This document shows positions 31,862 through 40,665 of a stretch of DNA of 64,000 nucleotides, piece after piece. Position 1 is the first letter of the stretch. Each line of letters starts with the position of its first letter. The stretch covers positions 5,280,001 to 5,344,000 of the forward strand of contig OZ251539.1 in the NCBI GenBank assembly GCA_965243135.1. The letters are read 5' to 3'. The translations under genes were made by a program, and so were the position numbers. This DNA comes from Alphaproteobacteria bacterium. Lineage in GTDB: Bacteria; Pseudomonadota; Alphaproteobacteria; MPNO01; UBA830. The notes beneath the pieces are model-generated. The model saw nothing but the letters and a program-made list of their open reading frames with translations, had not been told where the DNA came from and did no database searches.

Positions 31862-33414
31862 TCCGTGTCCTCCTGTGCGTCGTGGCTAAATGCGTCGGGC
31901 AGGCATTTGCGCAAGCCTCCGTAGAATACGGCCTCGGAGGCCGCGCGCGCTTTCTCGCGTCTCGCGCCGGGCGCGGCGGTGGCCCAGACCTCGCGGGCAA
32001 GGCGCTCGGCCTGCTCGCGCAGGATCTTTTGCCAGTCGGCCGCCTCGAATCCCCGCTCCGTCGTCTCGGTGCCGAACAGGCAATCGAAAAACCGTTCATC
32101 TACGGCGCGGTCATACCTATCCGTGACCGTGTTTGCGCTGCTATCCTGAAAATCCGGATTCTCCGGCCCTTGCAGATAGACGAGCGCGGCTCTCCGGAGC
32201 ACCTTCCGCGCCTCGCCAGCATGGTCAACCATCTTCTTCGAGAGCATTGCAAGCGGCGTCGGCTCATCGTCATCGTCCGGGTCGGATTCTGCAGTCAACT
32301 GCGCAGCGATCGAATACGGCAACGGAATCACCCGCTCGTGCAGGCCCTCCGTCTTGCCCCGCCCGCGAACCATGACGGCCATGTGGATTTCCGAATCCTG
32401 GTCGACCTCCACGTTTAGATCCTTTAACGCAAGCGGCGGCAGGAGCTCGCCGCGTTGCAGCAGGATCCTTTGGGCCAAGCGATAATCGAAGCCGCCGGCG
32501 CCGACGGTCAGTGCGGACGCGCCCTCTTTGGTCCGATCGACAGGAACCCACGGATCGGCCAGGTTCCCATTCAGTGCTTGGGCGTTCACCCTCGCGTGCT
32601 CCGATGGCCTGCCGACCGCGCGAAGCCGCGCGTCCTGACCGACCTTTAGTCGAACGCGGCGGCAGACCTCGATGAAGTAGGGGTCAAGTTCGTCGAGGCT
32701 TATCTGTCCGTCGTTGTCCCACGGCTTGAGCCAGGTGAGCGCCAAACCATCTCGTCTTCGGAAGAGACTGTCCCCGGCCCGTCTGAGCACGTCATCCCTT
32801 CGGGCGAGCAGCATGCGGCTGGCACGGCAAACGCGCGGCCCCCAGCGCGGCCCCGGTCGCCGATCCACCAAAACCCGGCTGGAAAAGCCACCGTTCATGC
32901 GCGCAATACCGTAGTTTTTGGGACCAGAGTAGCCCTGAGTTGTCTGCATGGTCAGCAAGGCGTAAAGCCAATGGTGGGGTGCGCCTCCGGTCGCCTGCGC
33001 CTGTTTGCGATCATGGTTCTTGGCCGTTACCGGAACGTCGAGCATATCCGGCGTGCGGGCGCATTCGTTGAAGCTTCCGATGCATGTTGTCGGCGGCTGC
33101 AGGAACGCTGGTTTCGTTGGGTCGGAGACGGCGAGACTCCACGCCGTGGCGACGCATCTGGGAGTCAGCGCGGCGATCAGGCTGTGCCACTCGTCCGCCT
33201 CCGTCGGCAGGGTCTCCCGGCTCCCGTTGTGCAAGGCGACCGCCCCGAGCTGCGCAAGGAACTGATACCAAGCCTGCGCCTGATGCGCAGCGAGACCGTG
33301 GAAGGAATCGATGGCATCGCCGACGAGCCCGGCGTAGAGCATCGGCAAGGTTACGGAATCGCCGTTGCCGTCTCGAACAACGGGGATTATGGAACAAGTC
33401 AGCAGGTCGTGCAT
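31858..33414 (-). CDS. cas8e: Type I-E large subunit Cas8e/Cse1
   Basis: HQAQAWYQFLAQL, PAFLQPP, NYGIARMNGG, LDPYFIEVCRRVRL, GKTEGLHER; operon position. Confidence 0.88.
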   Translation of the reverse strand: MHDLLTCSIIPVVRDGNGDSVTLPMLYAGLVGDAIDSFHGLAAHQAQAWYQFLAQLGAVALHNGSRETLPTEADEWHSLIAALTPRCVATAWSLAVSDPTKPAFLQPPTTCIGSFNECARTPDMLDVPVTAKNHDRKQAQATGGAPHHWLYALLTMQTTQGYSGPKNYGIARMNGGFSSRVLVDRRPGPRWGPRVCRASRMLLARRDDVLRRAGDSLFRRRDGLALTWLKPWDNDGQISLDELDPYFIEVCRRVRLKVGQDARLRAVGRPSEHARVNAQALNGNLADPWVPVDRTKEGASALTVGAGGFDYRLAQRILLQRGELLPPLALKDLNVEVDQDSEIHMAVMVRGRGKTEGLHERVIPLPYSIAAQLTAESDPDDDDEPTPLAMLSKKMVDHAGEARKVLRRAALVYLQGPENPDFQDSSANTVTDRYDRAVDERFFDCLFGTETTERGFEAADWQKILREQAERLAREVWATAAPGARREKARAASEAVFYGGLRKCLPDAFSHDAQEDTE

Positions 33415-33530
33415 GGCTCGGTGCTCTTAAGGGTGGTCGGTCGCTTGATGGCCGGAAAGATGGCGGCCCGCATGCGCCGCCTTGCCATGAGTCGGGCAGG
33501 TCGCTGCGATAATGAACAAGTCGCCATCAT
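33399..33530 (-). CDS. Putative 43-aa small ORF upstream of and overlapping cas8e
   Basis: Strong [11 protein letters not shown] then ATGATG; MMATCSLSQRPARLMARRRMRAAIFPAIKRPTTLKSTEPCTTC. Confidence 0.4.
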   Translation of the reverse strand: MMATCSLSQRPARLMARRRMRAAIFPAIKRPTTLKSTEPCTTC

Positions 33531-33602
33531 TGACAAATCTCCTTCTGGTTGCAGGTTTCGCGGCAGCGTCCTTACCGCCCAGCATACATGCCTGAGGGAA
33601 AA

Positions 33603-33630
33603 ATTATAACCTGTCATTATACCTGTTAAG
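33603..33630 (-). promoter_or_regulatory. Leftward promoter region of the Cascade operon (two TATAAT boxes); predicted target of the mini-array crRNA
   Basis: Minus strand ...ACAGG TATAAT GACAGGT TATAAT TTT...; plus strand AAC + CTGTCATTATACCTGT matches the mini-array spacer. Confidence 0.7.
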
Positions 33631-33643
33631 AAAAATTTTTTTG

Positions 33644-33672
33644 TTGACCGCGAACCGACGGTGAGATATTCT
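33644..33672 (+). promoter_or_regulatory. Sigma70 promoter of the mini-array
   Basis: TTGACC-N17-TATTCT with an A/T-tract UP element just upstream. Confidence 0.8.
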
Positions 33673-33673
33673 G

Positions 33674-33763
33674 GCCTGCCCCGGCCTCTCGGGGATGAAC
33701 CGCTGACGTTATAGCTGTCCATGCAGCCGTTGGTGCTTCCCCCGCATGTGCGGGGACTTGTGG
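33674..33763 (+). ncRNA. Single-spacer CRISPR mini-array (crRNA-like regulatory RNA, CreR/CreA-like)
   Basis: Repeat 1 GCCTGCCCCGGCCTCTCGGGGATGAACCG (33674-33702), 32-nt spacer (33703-33734), repeat 2 GCTTCCCCCGCATGTGCGGGGA... (from 33735). Both keep the I-E hairpin. Confidence 0.88.
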
Positions 33764-33790
33764 AACGCGTAGAGAGCAGGTCGGGAACCA

Positions 33791-36373
33791 TCAATCGTCG
33801 ACTCTTGCCAAGCCCAGACGATCATATAGGTAACGGTGTGCGCCCATCCGGAAGCGAATTTCGCCGTCGGATGCAGAGATTTCCGACGGTTCGGCATCGA
33901 GGGGCAACTCGTTGACCATCCATCCCGGCAGCGTAAACTCCCGAACCCGTGCGCCGAAGGGGCCATGCAGGGGCTCAGGCAGTTCGATTCTACGGTCGTC
34001 CAATCCCAACCGCGTCATGATCGAGCGGTCGTCCTGCGGACAATTTGCGAGCAGAGATTCGAGCCAGTCGAGCAGTACCGAGCGCGCTGTCATGCCCTCG
34101 CCGAGCGCCGCGCCGAGCGCTGTCTCCAAGTGCGCGTCCCACGGCGGGCCGAGCTCTCTCGCGAGTTCGCACAGGCTTTCACCATGCGTCGCGGCCTCGA
34201 CCAGCGCGCGATTGTCGTCCGGGATGTGAATGGCGCCACGTTGCCTCAACCATCGCTCCGTCGCCAACACGCCGATCATGTTTCGGTAAACCCGGCCGAG
34301 GCCCATCGGCACTTGCCCGCGAACCTCGCCCTTCGCGTTGACATATTTGACCAGTTCCTCCGCAGTTGGCGCCAGCACCTCGACCGTCGGCGTCTCGAAG
34401 CCGATTGGGCGGGAGAGAACGTGACGGTGCAACCGGCCGATGCGTTGCAGCAGCACGTCGCCCGGCGCGATGTCCGTAATCAGCCGGTCGGCGCATATGT
34501 CGAGCGATTGCTCCGCCGTCTGCGTGGTCACGGCGACGATGCCAGCTCGAGATTCCTTCCCGAACGCGCGTTCCAGAACCTTATCCAGCTGCCGCCGGTC
34601 TTTCGGCGCGTAGCGACTGTGGTGCGGTGTGGCTACACCGTTGCAACGGAGCAGCGGCGCGCCGATGTCTTCCAATTGCCGAAAGGTATCTTGGGCGTCA
34701 CGCACGGTGTTGCGGATGAACAGCACGGCAGCGCCGTTCTCCGCCTGCCGTTTGACTTCCGCCAAGGCCGAACCGAGCGCCCCGTGATCAAGCAGCCGGA
34801 CGCTCACTCGCTTCTCCCGGCCGTCTCTGGGAAGAGGCCGCAACCCCTCGCCCGTTCGTTGAACGGCCGGGTAGGGCACTGCGGCGGCTTCCGCAAGGGT
34901 TGGCGACTCATGTTTTTCCACCCGTGCGCCGGATGCCAGAAAGCGCAGGCGCGCTACTGCGCCCAATGTCGCCGACATCAGCAGCGCATGGCCGCCGGCG
35001 GCCGAATGCTGATCGAGCACATTGCGCAGAATCTCGGTCATATAGGCGTCCGAGGCGTGCACCTCGTCGATGATCAACAGCAGGCGCAGCATCGGGCTGG
35101 AGCGGAGATGCGCGTGCCTCACCTGCAAACCGCCGAGCAGCAACTGGTCCACTGTCCCGACCATCGCTGCGCCGCTGAGATACCGTTTCGGGCGTTCCAC
35201 GGCCCATGCGCGGTCGACGTCCGTCTCGTCGGGCCAGAGCACCTTGGCCTGTTCCGGCAGGATCCGGCCCTCTTCGGCGTCGACTCGCAGATAGCCAGGA
35301 ACGGCCAACCCCACCGGCGGCGCCTCGTGGCCGAACCATCTTTGCAAGATTTCCGCGATCCGTCGGTGGATCTGCACGGCCGCCGCGCGGGTCGGCAGCG
35401 CGAAATAGAAGCCTTCCACCTCGCCAGCCCGGAACAGCCGAAGGAAATGCAGCACCGCGGCTTCGGTCTTTCCAGATCCGGTTTCCGCTTCCAGGGTCAC
35501 GACCTGCCCGTTCTTGGGCAGCGACGCGTTCCGCAGCGCCGCTTGCGCCGGCCGCGGCGTCGGCAGGTCCGGGAAGAGATCGGCGAAGGCGGTGGGGACC
35601 GTTGTTGCCGCTCGCCGCGCAACGCTCGAATCGAGCCAACGGCTGCGCAGCAGGTTGGCGGCCGCCATGCGTGCCCACGGAATCCGCTCGTTGCCGGTCG
35701 GTGCGCCTTGATGGGGAAACATAAAAACGCTCTGGTCCGAGCCGAGCCAGTCTGCGAGCGTGATCAGGCCAGCCAAAGCATGCATGAAGCGCGGCTCGGA
35801 CGGCAAAGTCGCCGCGGCTTCGTTGAACGCCAGAGGGAACATGGCTTTGAGAGCGTTCGCCGTTTCGGCGAGCGCCGACATGGGCGAATAGCCGTTCCGT
35901 TCGTTCCAGAGGCTCGGGTCCGGCCGGGCGCCGCCGTACGGCAAGCTTCCGTGATGGGCGAGCACGGCGTTCCACCAGGTAGCCTCGTCCTCTTCGTTGG
36001 CGAACCAGCACTTCCAGTCCCTTCTACGCAGGGCCTTGCGAACGCCTTTTGACAGCGGGCCTGTCGACGAATCGCAGACGATGGACCAGATCGGACCGAT
36101 ATGTCCGGCGTCCGGCTTTTCCCGGTGCAGCTTTGCCTGGAAACCATGATTGACTTTGCCAGCGTCGTGCAAACCGATGAAGAAGCCCGTTCTCTCGATA
36201 TCAATGACGTTGAGTCGACGTTTCGCCAACGCCTCCAGTCTGCGCCGAATGGTCGCAACGTTCATCAGCCCCTCGGCGACAGCGGCGACGTCGATGCAGT
36301 GATCGATCAGCTCGAGGAAAAGGGAAGAATCCGTCTCCGACTCTCGTACCGATTTGGCCCAGGCAACGCTCAT
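33791..36373 (-). CDS. cas3: Cas3 HD nuclease-helicase
   Basis: LIDHCIDVA, LHDAGK, AHHG, LADWLGS, AETGSGKTEA, IDEVH, MSAT, QRIGRLHRH. Confidence 0.97.
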   Translation of the reverse strand: MSVAWAKSVRESETDSSLFLELIDHCIDVAAVAEGLMNVATIRRRLEALAKRRLNVIDIERTGFFIGLHDAGKVNHGFQAKLHREKPDAGHIGPIWSIVCDSSTGPLSKGVRKALRRRDWKCWFANEEDEATWWNAVLAHHGSLPYGGARPDPSLWNERNGYSPMSALAETANALKAMFPLAFNEAAATLPSEPRFMHALAGLITLADWLGSDQSVFMFPHQGAPTGNERIPWARMAAANLLRSRWLDSSVARRAATTVPTAFADLFPDLPTPRPAQAALRNASLPKNGQVVTLEAETGSGKTEAAVLHFLRLFRAGEVEGFYFALPTRAAAVQIHRRIAEILQRWFGHEAPPVGLAVPGYLRVDAEEGRILPEQAKVLWPDETDVDRAWAVERPKRYLSGAAMVGTVDQLLLGGLQVRHAHLRSSPMLRLLLIIDEVHASDAYMTEILRNVLDQHSAAGGHALLMSATLGAVARLRFLASGARVEKHESPTLAEAAAVPYPAVQRTGEGLRPLPRDGREKRVSVRLLDHGALGSALAEVKRQAENGAAVLFIRNTVRDAQDTFRQLEDIGAPLLRCNGVATPHHSRYAPKDRRQLDKVLERAFGKESRAGIVAVTTQTAEQSLDICADRLITDIAPGDVLLQRIGRLHRHVLSRPIGFETPTVEVLAPTAEELVKYVNAKGEVRGQVPMGLGRVYRNMIGVLATERWLRQRGAIHIPDDNRALVEAATHGESLCELARELGPPWDAHLETALGAALGEGMTARSVLLDWLESLLANCPQDDRSIMTRLGLDDRRIELPEPLHGPFGARVREFTLPGWMVNELPLDAEPSEISASDGEIRFRMGAHRYLYDRLGLARVDD

Positions 36374-37114
36374 TTTCAAAATCCCTCAACTCATTCGGAG
36401 CGTGCACCTTAGCGCGTATTTCACTGGATCCAATCTGGCGGAGGCGTTTGCGACGCGCCATTATTGTCAGCTATCCATCCGGTCGGGCGCCCCGCAATTC
36501 AGCTGGCCGCCCGCCGACAGATTCGCAAGGGTCTCGCAGAAGGTCTCGAGCAGGACCGGACGCAATGCGTAGCGGCGCTCCCCATAGTCGGGCAGTCGTG
36601 ATTCGATCAGCGCGAGGATATGGGGACGGGAGGTTGTCGATCCGAATTCAGGGCAGGGCTTGGTGTCGTTGATTGCCAGCGGCATGTTGCGGCAGCGGCT
36701 CCCGGTCGAGATTGTCCGGCTGACCCCTGCGCCGGGATCGGAGGCGGATACTTGGAAGATAGCCCGCACCGAGCGTAGCTCTATTTTTTGCCGACCCCGC
36801 CGCTGAAAGCGTCCCTCGCAGGCTCGACGGCAACCTCAGGCAGCACGGGAACCTCCAAGAAGTTCCATGCCGCCGGATCAGCGCCAGGAAGTCCAAGCTT
36901 TTGGGTAACCACATGATTTAGTGGAATTTCTTCACCGGAAAGACCAGCATGTGGTCTTCTCCGACCAAGCAGGTAGACCAGATCTGCTACCTAAAATTAT
37001 GTCAATAAAGGGCTTTTATTGGAAGAAAAAATTTGCCGCAGATTGTCGACACCGTCGGGTTGACCGGAAAGCCGTATTCGGCGAAATTGAATCTCTCGAA
37101 GGAACAACAACACC

Positions 37115-37333
37115 ATGAACTCAGACGGAAACGCGACCCAGACTTCGAAAAATGCTGGCAGGAACATTTCGGCCGCACCTTCGATTGTCTTGCTCAATCG
37201 AAGGCTCGGCACCTCGCCCGCTCTCCGGATGTTGACGCCGTCCGAAGTCGCCTTGCTGCGGCAGTGCGCGAAGGAAGCTTCCGAGATTGCTGGCGAGGTC
37301 CTTGCGAACGAAGGCGGCACGTCGGAAACTTGA
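37115..37333 (+). CDS. Small hypothetical protein (72 aa) in a decayed region
   Basis: ORF with a plausible C-terminal helix LTPSEVALLRQ; ATG overlaps an upstream TGA. Confidence 0.35.
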   Translation: MNSDGNATQTSKNAGRNISAAPSIVLLNRRLGTSPALRMLTPSEVALLRQCAKEASEIAGEVLANEGGTSET

Positions 37334-37489
37334 CCCGTCTTCAGCACCGTAAGCGTTCGCTGCCGGGGGGACGAAAAAATTTCGTCTGGGGACTGGACAT
37401 CCGGTCCTGCTTGAGCCCTTCTGCGAAAGCCCCCGCTTCACGGGCGCCCGCTACCGCGCAGCCGGCCCGGGTCGGCAAACACAGGGCCG

Positions 37490-37660
37490 CAGCGGGCTCG
37501 ACGTGAAAAACGCGCTGCCGGTCAAGGAAGCAGGTTCCCGGGTAGCGAACGCTTACCGTTGTTCTTCCGGCGCTTGACTGGCGGCAACAACCTGACCTCG
37601 TGACCGAGCTTCGCGATCTTTCGGCTCCAGTGGCGCAGCGCGGGCTGCGCACCTCGGCTG
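37490..37660 (-). pseudogene. IS110-family transposase remnant
   Basis: HWSRKIAKLGHEVRLLPPVKRRKNN resembles the IS110 HWAREL..LGHEVRLIPP...KRQKND segment; LDRQRVFHV in another frame. Confidence 0.6.
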
Positions 37661-37952
37661 TTGCTTCGGGAAGTGCGACACTTGGCCGAGGGTCCGGCGA
37701 AACGCGACAAACCCGTCCGCTCGGGTGCCAACTCCGCTTCGCCGAGTCGATCCGCTAACCTGTTCCGTCCTCTCCTCGATATGTTGTGGTTTGGTCTGAC
37801 GGTGCCAACGCGATGCCTCGGGAGGACGAAGCTCCCGAATTTTGTAACAAACTGGCGCTCTCCCCGATTCGCCTCCGCGCTATGCGCTCCGGCCAGGGAG
37901 AGCCTATCCGCCGGAAAAAAGGTGGTTGATGAGGTACAGGGCCTCATCGCGG

Positions 37953-37981
37953 TTGACAGGGGGGAAGCCTTATGTTACGTT
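37953..37981 (+). promoter_or_regulatory. Sigma70-like promoter upstream of the low-GC cassette
   Basis: TTGACA-N17-TACGTT; a second TTGACA near 38078. Confidence 0.5.
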
Positions 37982-38552
37982 CAGGGACACTCATCTAGGC
38001 ATAACCCAATGAAAAATATAACTTATTTGCCGCATGTGGAGCGTTAGACTGCATGGGAAAATTTTTCACCTATAGTGTTGACATCGGCGAAATAAACCTG
38101 AAACCTGACAATCGCTATCTCGGAGGACCGGAAAATGGAAGCATTCATGGAACGCACCGGGCAGCGCTATAGCCCCCCAATCGACCGGGCGCACGCGACG
38201 TTTGGCATCGTGGCGCTCTGGCGTTTTTCCGACTCGCGCCGGTAGAAGCCGGCAGACGGCCCACAGCAGGGGTTGCCGACAATCACGCGATGTCGGCAAC
38301 GGGACGCTTGCCGCTGTTCGGTATGAAGGTGCGTGGGTCTGTGGGTCTTTCCTGGACGATGGCAACTGCAACCTACCGGCCTTCGAAGGCTTCTCCGGCT
38401 TCTGCAACAAGATCGGGAAACCGAAACCTTTCGTCGGAACCTGAACCCTTGAAATGCTGCCCTGCTATGTTGAGAGCGCGACATCGCAATCCAACATTGA
38501 TGCAGGGACGTTTTGCAGCGTGCGGTAAGCTGGAATGTAAGGAGATAATGCT

Positions 38553-39356
38553 ATGAACGCACCATCCTCTAATAATTTTGAAGAAATCAAGGCTAGGGTT
38601 GAAAAAATTTTCATTTCGATCTACAGTTTGTATTCGCCGATAGTCTGGATTGTCTTGGGAATTATCCTGTGCGTTGCGGTCTTGGTTTCTGCTCTTCGAT
38701 ACGATTATCCTGCGGATGGTATCGCGCTCGGCAGCGCTGCGTTTTTCGCATCTTGGTTGTCGGGTGCATGGTGCAACGAACGAAAGAGGACAAAAATCCG
38801 CAATAGTAGACCGCTTGATCCAAGACGCGTGGTTAGAATAGAGGAAGCTCAGATTGCGAGTGATCTTGTACCTCTTGTCAACAAGCTGTCGCTTGAGAAT
38901 AGCAAGCTACGGATTGTAGGATATGATGGCCAATATATTTTGGGGAGAAATAAAAGACTTTGGAGAAAATCTCTGTCCAAATGGTTGAAGGAAGGTCTTG
39001 ATGTCGAATACATCTTGGTGAATCCTTCTCCTGAGGTTATTGATTCCTTTAAGGAAATAAAGGAGAAAGAGGAAGTAGAAGGCGTTAGATTGAAGCTATT
39101 CGTTTTCGAACGTTCCGACGCCAGTGGAACGACTGAATGGGAGGAGTTCAAGACATTTCATCCAACTTTGTTTTATGGCGGAGACGGAACCAAAGCTATG
39201 TGGATAGAGGAGGATCATCCGCTGGGAAGTAGATTCGCTTATGGTGTAACCTATGTGCCGCCGGATGCAATGAACGAGGAGCAAAACAGCAAGTTCAAAA
39301 AGTACGAACGGATGATTGATTCTTCCAAAGGTCATTGTCGTGAAGTGGCAGCTTGA
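38553..39356 (+). CDS. Hypothetical protein: two N-terminal TM helices plus a soluble domain (possibly PLD-like fold)
   Basis: AAGGAG RBS; hydrophobic IVWIVLGIILCVAVLVSAL and GIALGSAAFFASWL; LRIVGYDG...WLKEGLDVEYILVNP...FHPTLF; visibly low GC. Confidence 0.8.
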   Translation: MNAPSSNNFEEIKARVEKIFISIYSLYSPIVWIVLGIILCVAVLVSALRYDYPADGIALGSAAFFASWLSGAWCNERKRTKIRNSRPLDPRRVVRIEEAQIASDLVPLVNKLSLENSKLRIVGYDGQYILGRNKRLWRKSLSKWLKEGLDVEYILVNPSPEVIDSFKEIKEKEEVEGVRLKLFVFERSDASGTTEWEEFKTFHPTLFYGGDGTKAMWIEEDHPLGSRFAYGVTYVPPDAMNEEQNSKFKKYERMIDSSKGHCREVAA

Positions 39357-39760
39357 GCGAAGTAGGGGAACGCTGCGTTATGGAAAGCAATATAGCTACG
39401 TTTTTGGTGACGTGTTTTGTTGCAACTGGCATCATAACAGGGACAAGTCTGGTACTGGTGAATTCAGTGGGGAATTCGCTATACCGTAGAGAAGGCGGAA
39501 ATTATATTTTCAGTACGAAACAAGCGTCTAGGCTGAGAAACAAAATCTTGTATTACCCGAATACTGTCTTCTTTATGTACTTAGGGTTGGGGATTATTTT
39601 GGTGATGATGGCAATTTGCAACGAACTTGAGGTGTCGGATATCTGCAACGAAGTTGAGTGGGGAATGGCTTGTTTCTCCGCTCTTTATTTTATATGGATA
39701 TTGTACAATATTCGGGATTATTGCTCGGACGCTTTTTATGCCTTTGGCGAGGGAGGGTGA
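39353..39760 (+). CDS. Small hypothetical membrane protein (3 predicted TM helices)
   Basis: Start overlaps the previous stop (alternative ATG at 39380); three hydrophobic stretches; low GC. Confidence 0.7.
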   Translation: MSEVGERCVMESNIATFLVTCFVATGIITGTSLVLVNSVGNSLYRREGGNYIFSTKQASRLRNKILYYPNTVFFMYLGLGIILVMMAICNELEVSDICNEVEWGMACFSALYFIWILYNIRDYCSDAFYAFGEGG

Positions 39761-40377
39761 CAACTTCTGTCGATAGGACGAATGCGTGGCCATTCTGGAG
39801 TCAGGAAGGCTTCGGCGCGTCCTGAGCTTCCTGAACCCGGAGGGGCTCGCAAAACGCCGTTCGTTTCGTCGTTTCCATAGCCTCGACAAGCTTGCCGCTT
39901 CGTTGCCCTACGTCGCCGATCTCCGGGCGAGGAATCGGGGACAAACGATCTTCGCTCTCTTTCGGGAACGGATATCGGTTTTCGGCGGCCCGCTTGTAGC
40001 GCGGTCGCTGCTTTCGGGTCCGTCTGGACTTTCCAAATCGTGATGCCCATGTCTTCCGGCAAGGCATCGGGGCGTCGGCGGGAATTTTTTGCCGTTCCGC
40101 GGTCGGCAACCCGAAGTCCTGCAGGCTTGCACGGCGCCCGAATCTGCCGACGGTAAGCTGGAGCCGTCGGCCCCGTCGGGCTGCGCTCTCGAAGCCGGGC
40201 CGGTGCTGCAGCCGGCTCGGGCAATCCCGCGTTTGACGCGCACGGGGTGAGGGAACGCCGCTCCGTCCGCCGTTCCAGGCGTCGGCGAACGCCCGGCCCG
40301 GCGGTTCCGCCCTGTTCGCCTTGCCGATCCCGAGGCGCGGTGATAGGTTCCGGCGGCTTTTTCAGGGGTGCAGGCTC

Positions 40378-40665
40378 ATGTCCGTCGACCGCGAGACCGT
40401 CCTCCATATGGCGCGCCTGGCCCGCATCGAGTTGCCGGAAGCGGACCTCGACGCCCTGGCTGCGGAGCTTTCCGGAATCATCGGCTGGGTCGAGCAGCTC
40501 GAAGAGGTCGACACCGCGAACGTCGAGCCGATGACGGCGGCGGTCGGCGCCGAACTGCGCTGGCGCGCCGACGAGGTCACCGACGGCGGCATCCGGGATC
40601 GCGTCGTCGCCAACGCGCCGGAAGCCGGAAACGGCATGTTCGCCGTTCCGAAAGTCATCGAATAG
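40378..40665 (+). CDS. gatC: Asp/Glu-tRNA amidotransferase subunit C
   Basis: [17 protein letters not shown]...VEPMT...RADEVTDG...FAVPKVIE. Confidence 0.97.
   Translation: MSVDRETVLHMARLARIELPEADLDALAAELSGIIGWVEQLEEVDTANVEPMTAAVGAELRWRADEVTDGGIRDRVVANAPEAGNGMFAVPKVIE

Noticed and set aside
33836-36052. Long antisense ORFs here and opposite pyrBC, gatAB, the TPP gene and aap genes
   Set aside because: Shadow frames typical of high-GC coding DNA.
36459-36490. Possible second mini-array target upstream of cas3 (minus strand TAG|CTGAC; plus strand AGCTATCCATCC similar to the mid-spacer)
   Set aside because: Only a 5-nt seed in one orientation and no seed in the other; much weaker than the 33608-33626 site.
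36560-36630. LIESRLPDYGERRYAL resembles a BrnT toxin motif
   Set aside because: Too short and without an intact ORF or partner; at most a remnant.
38400-38428. Hammerhead-like CGG-GAAA-CCGAAAC
   Set aside because: The CUGANGA core is missing.
39800-40050. Protein-like fragments, possibly an SRAP-family C-terminus
   Set aside because: Frameshifted with vague similarity; cannot be supported.
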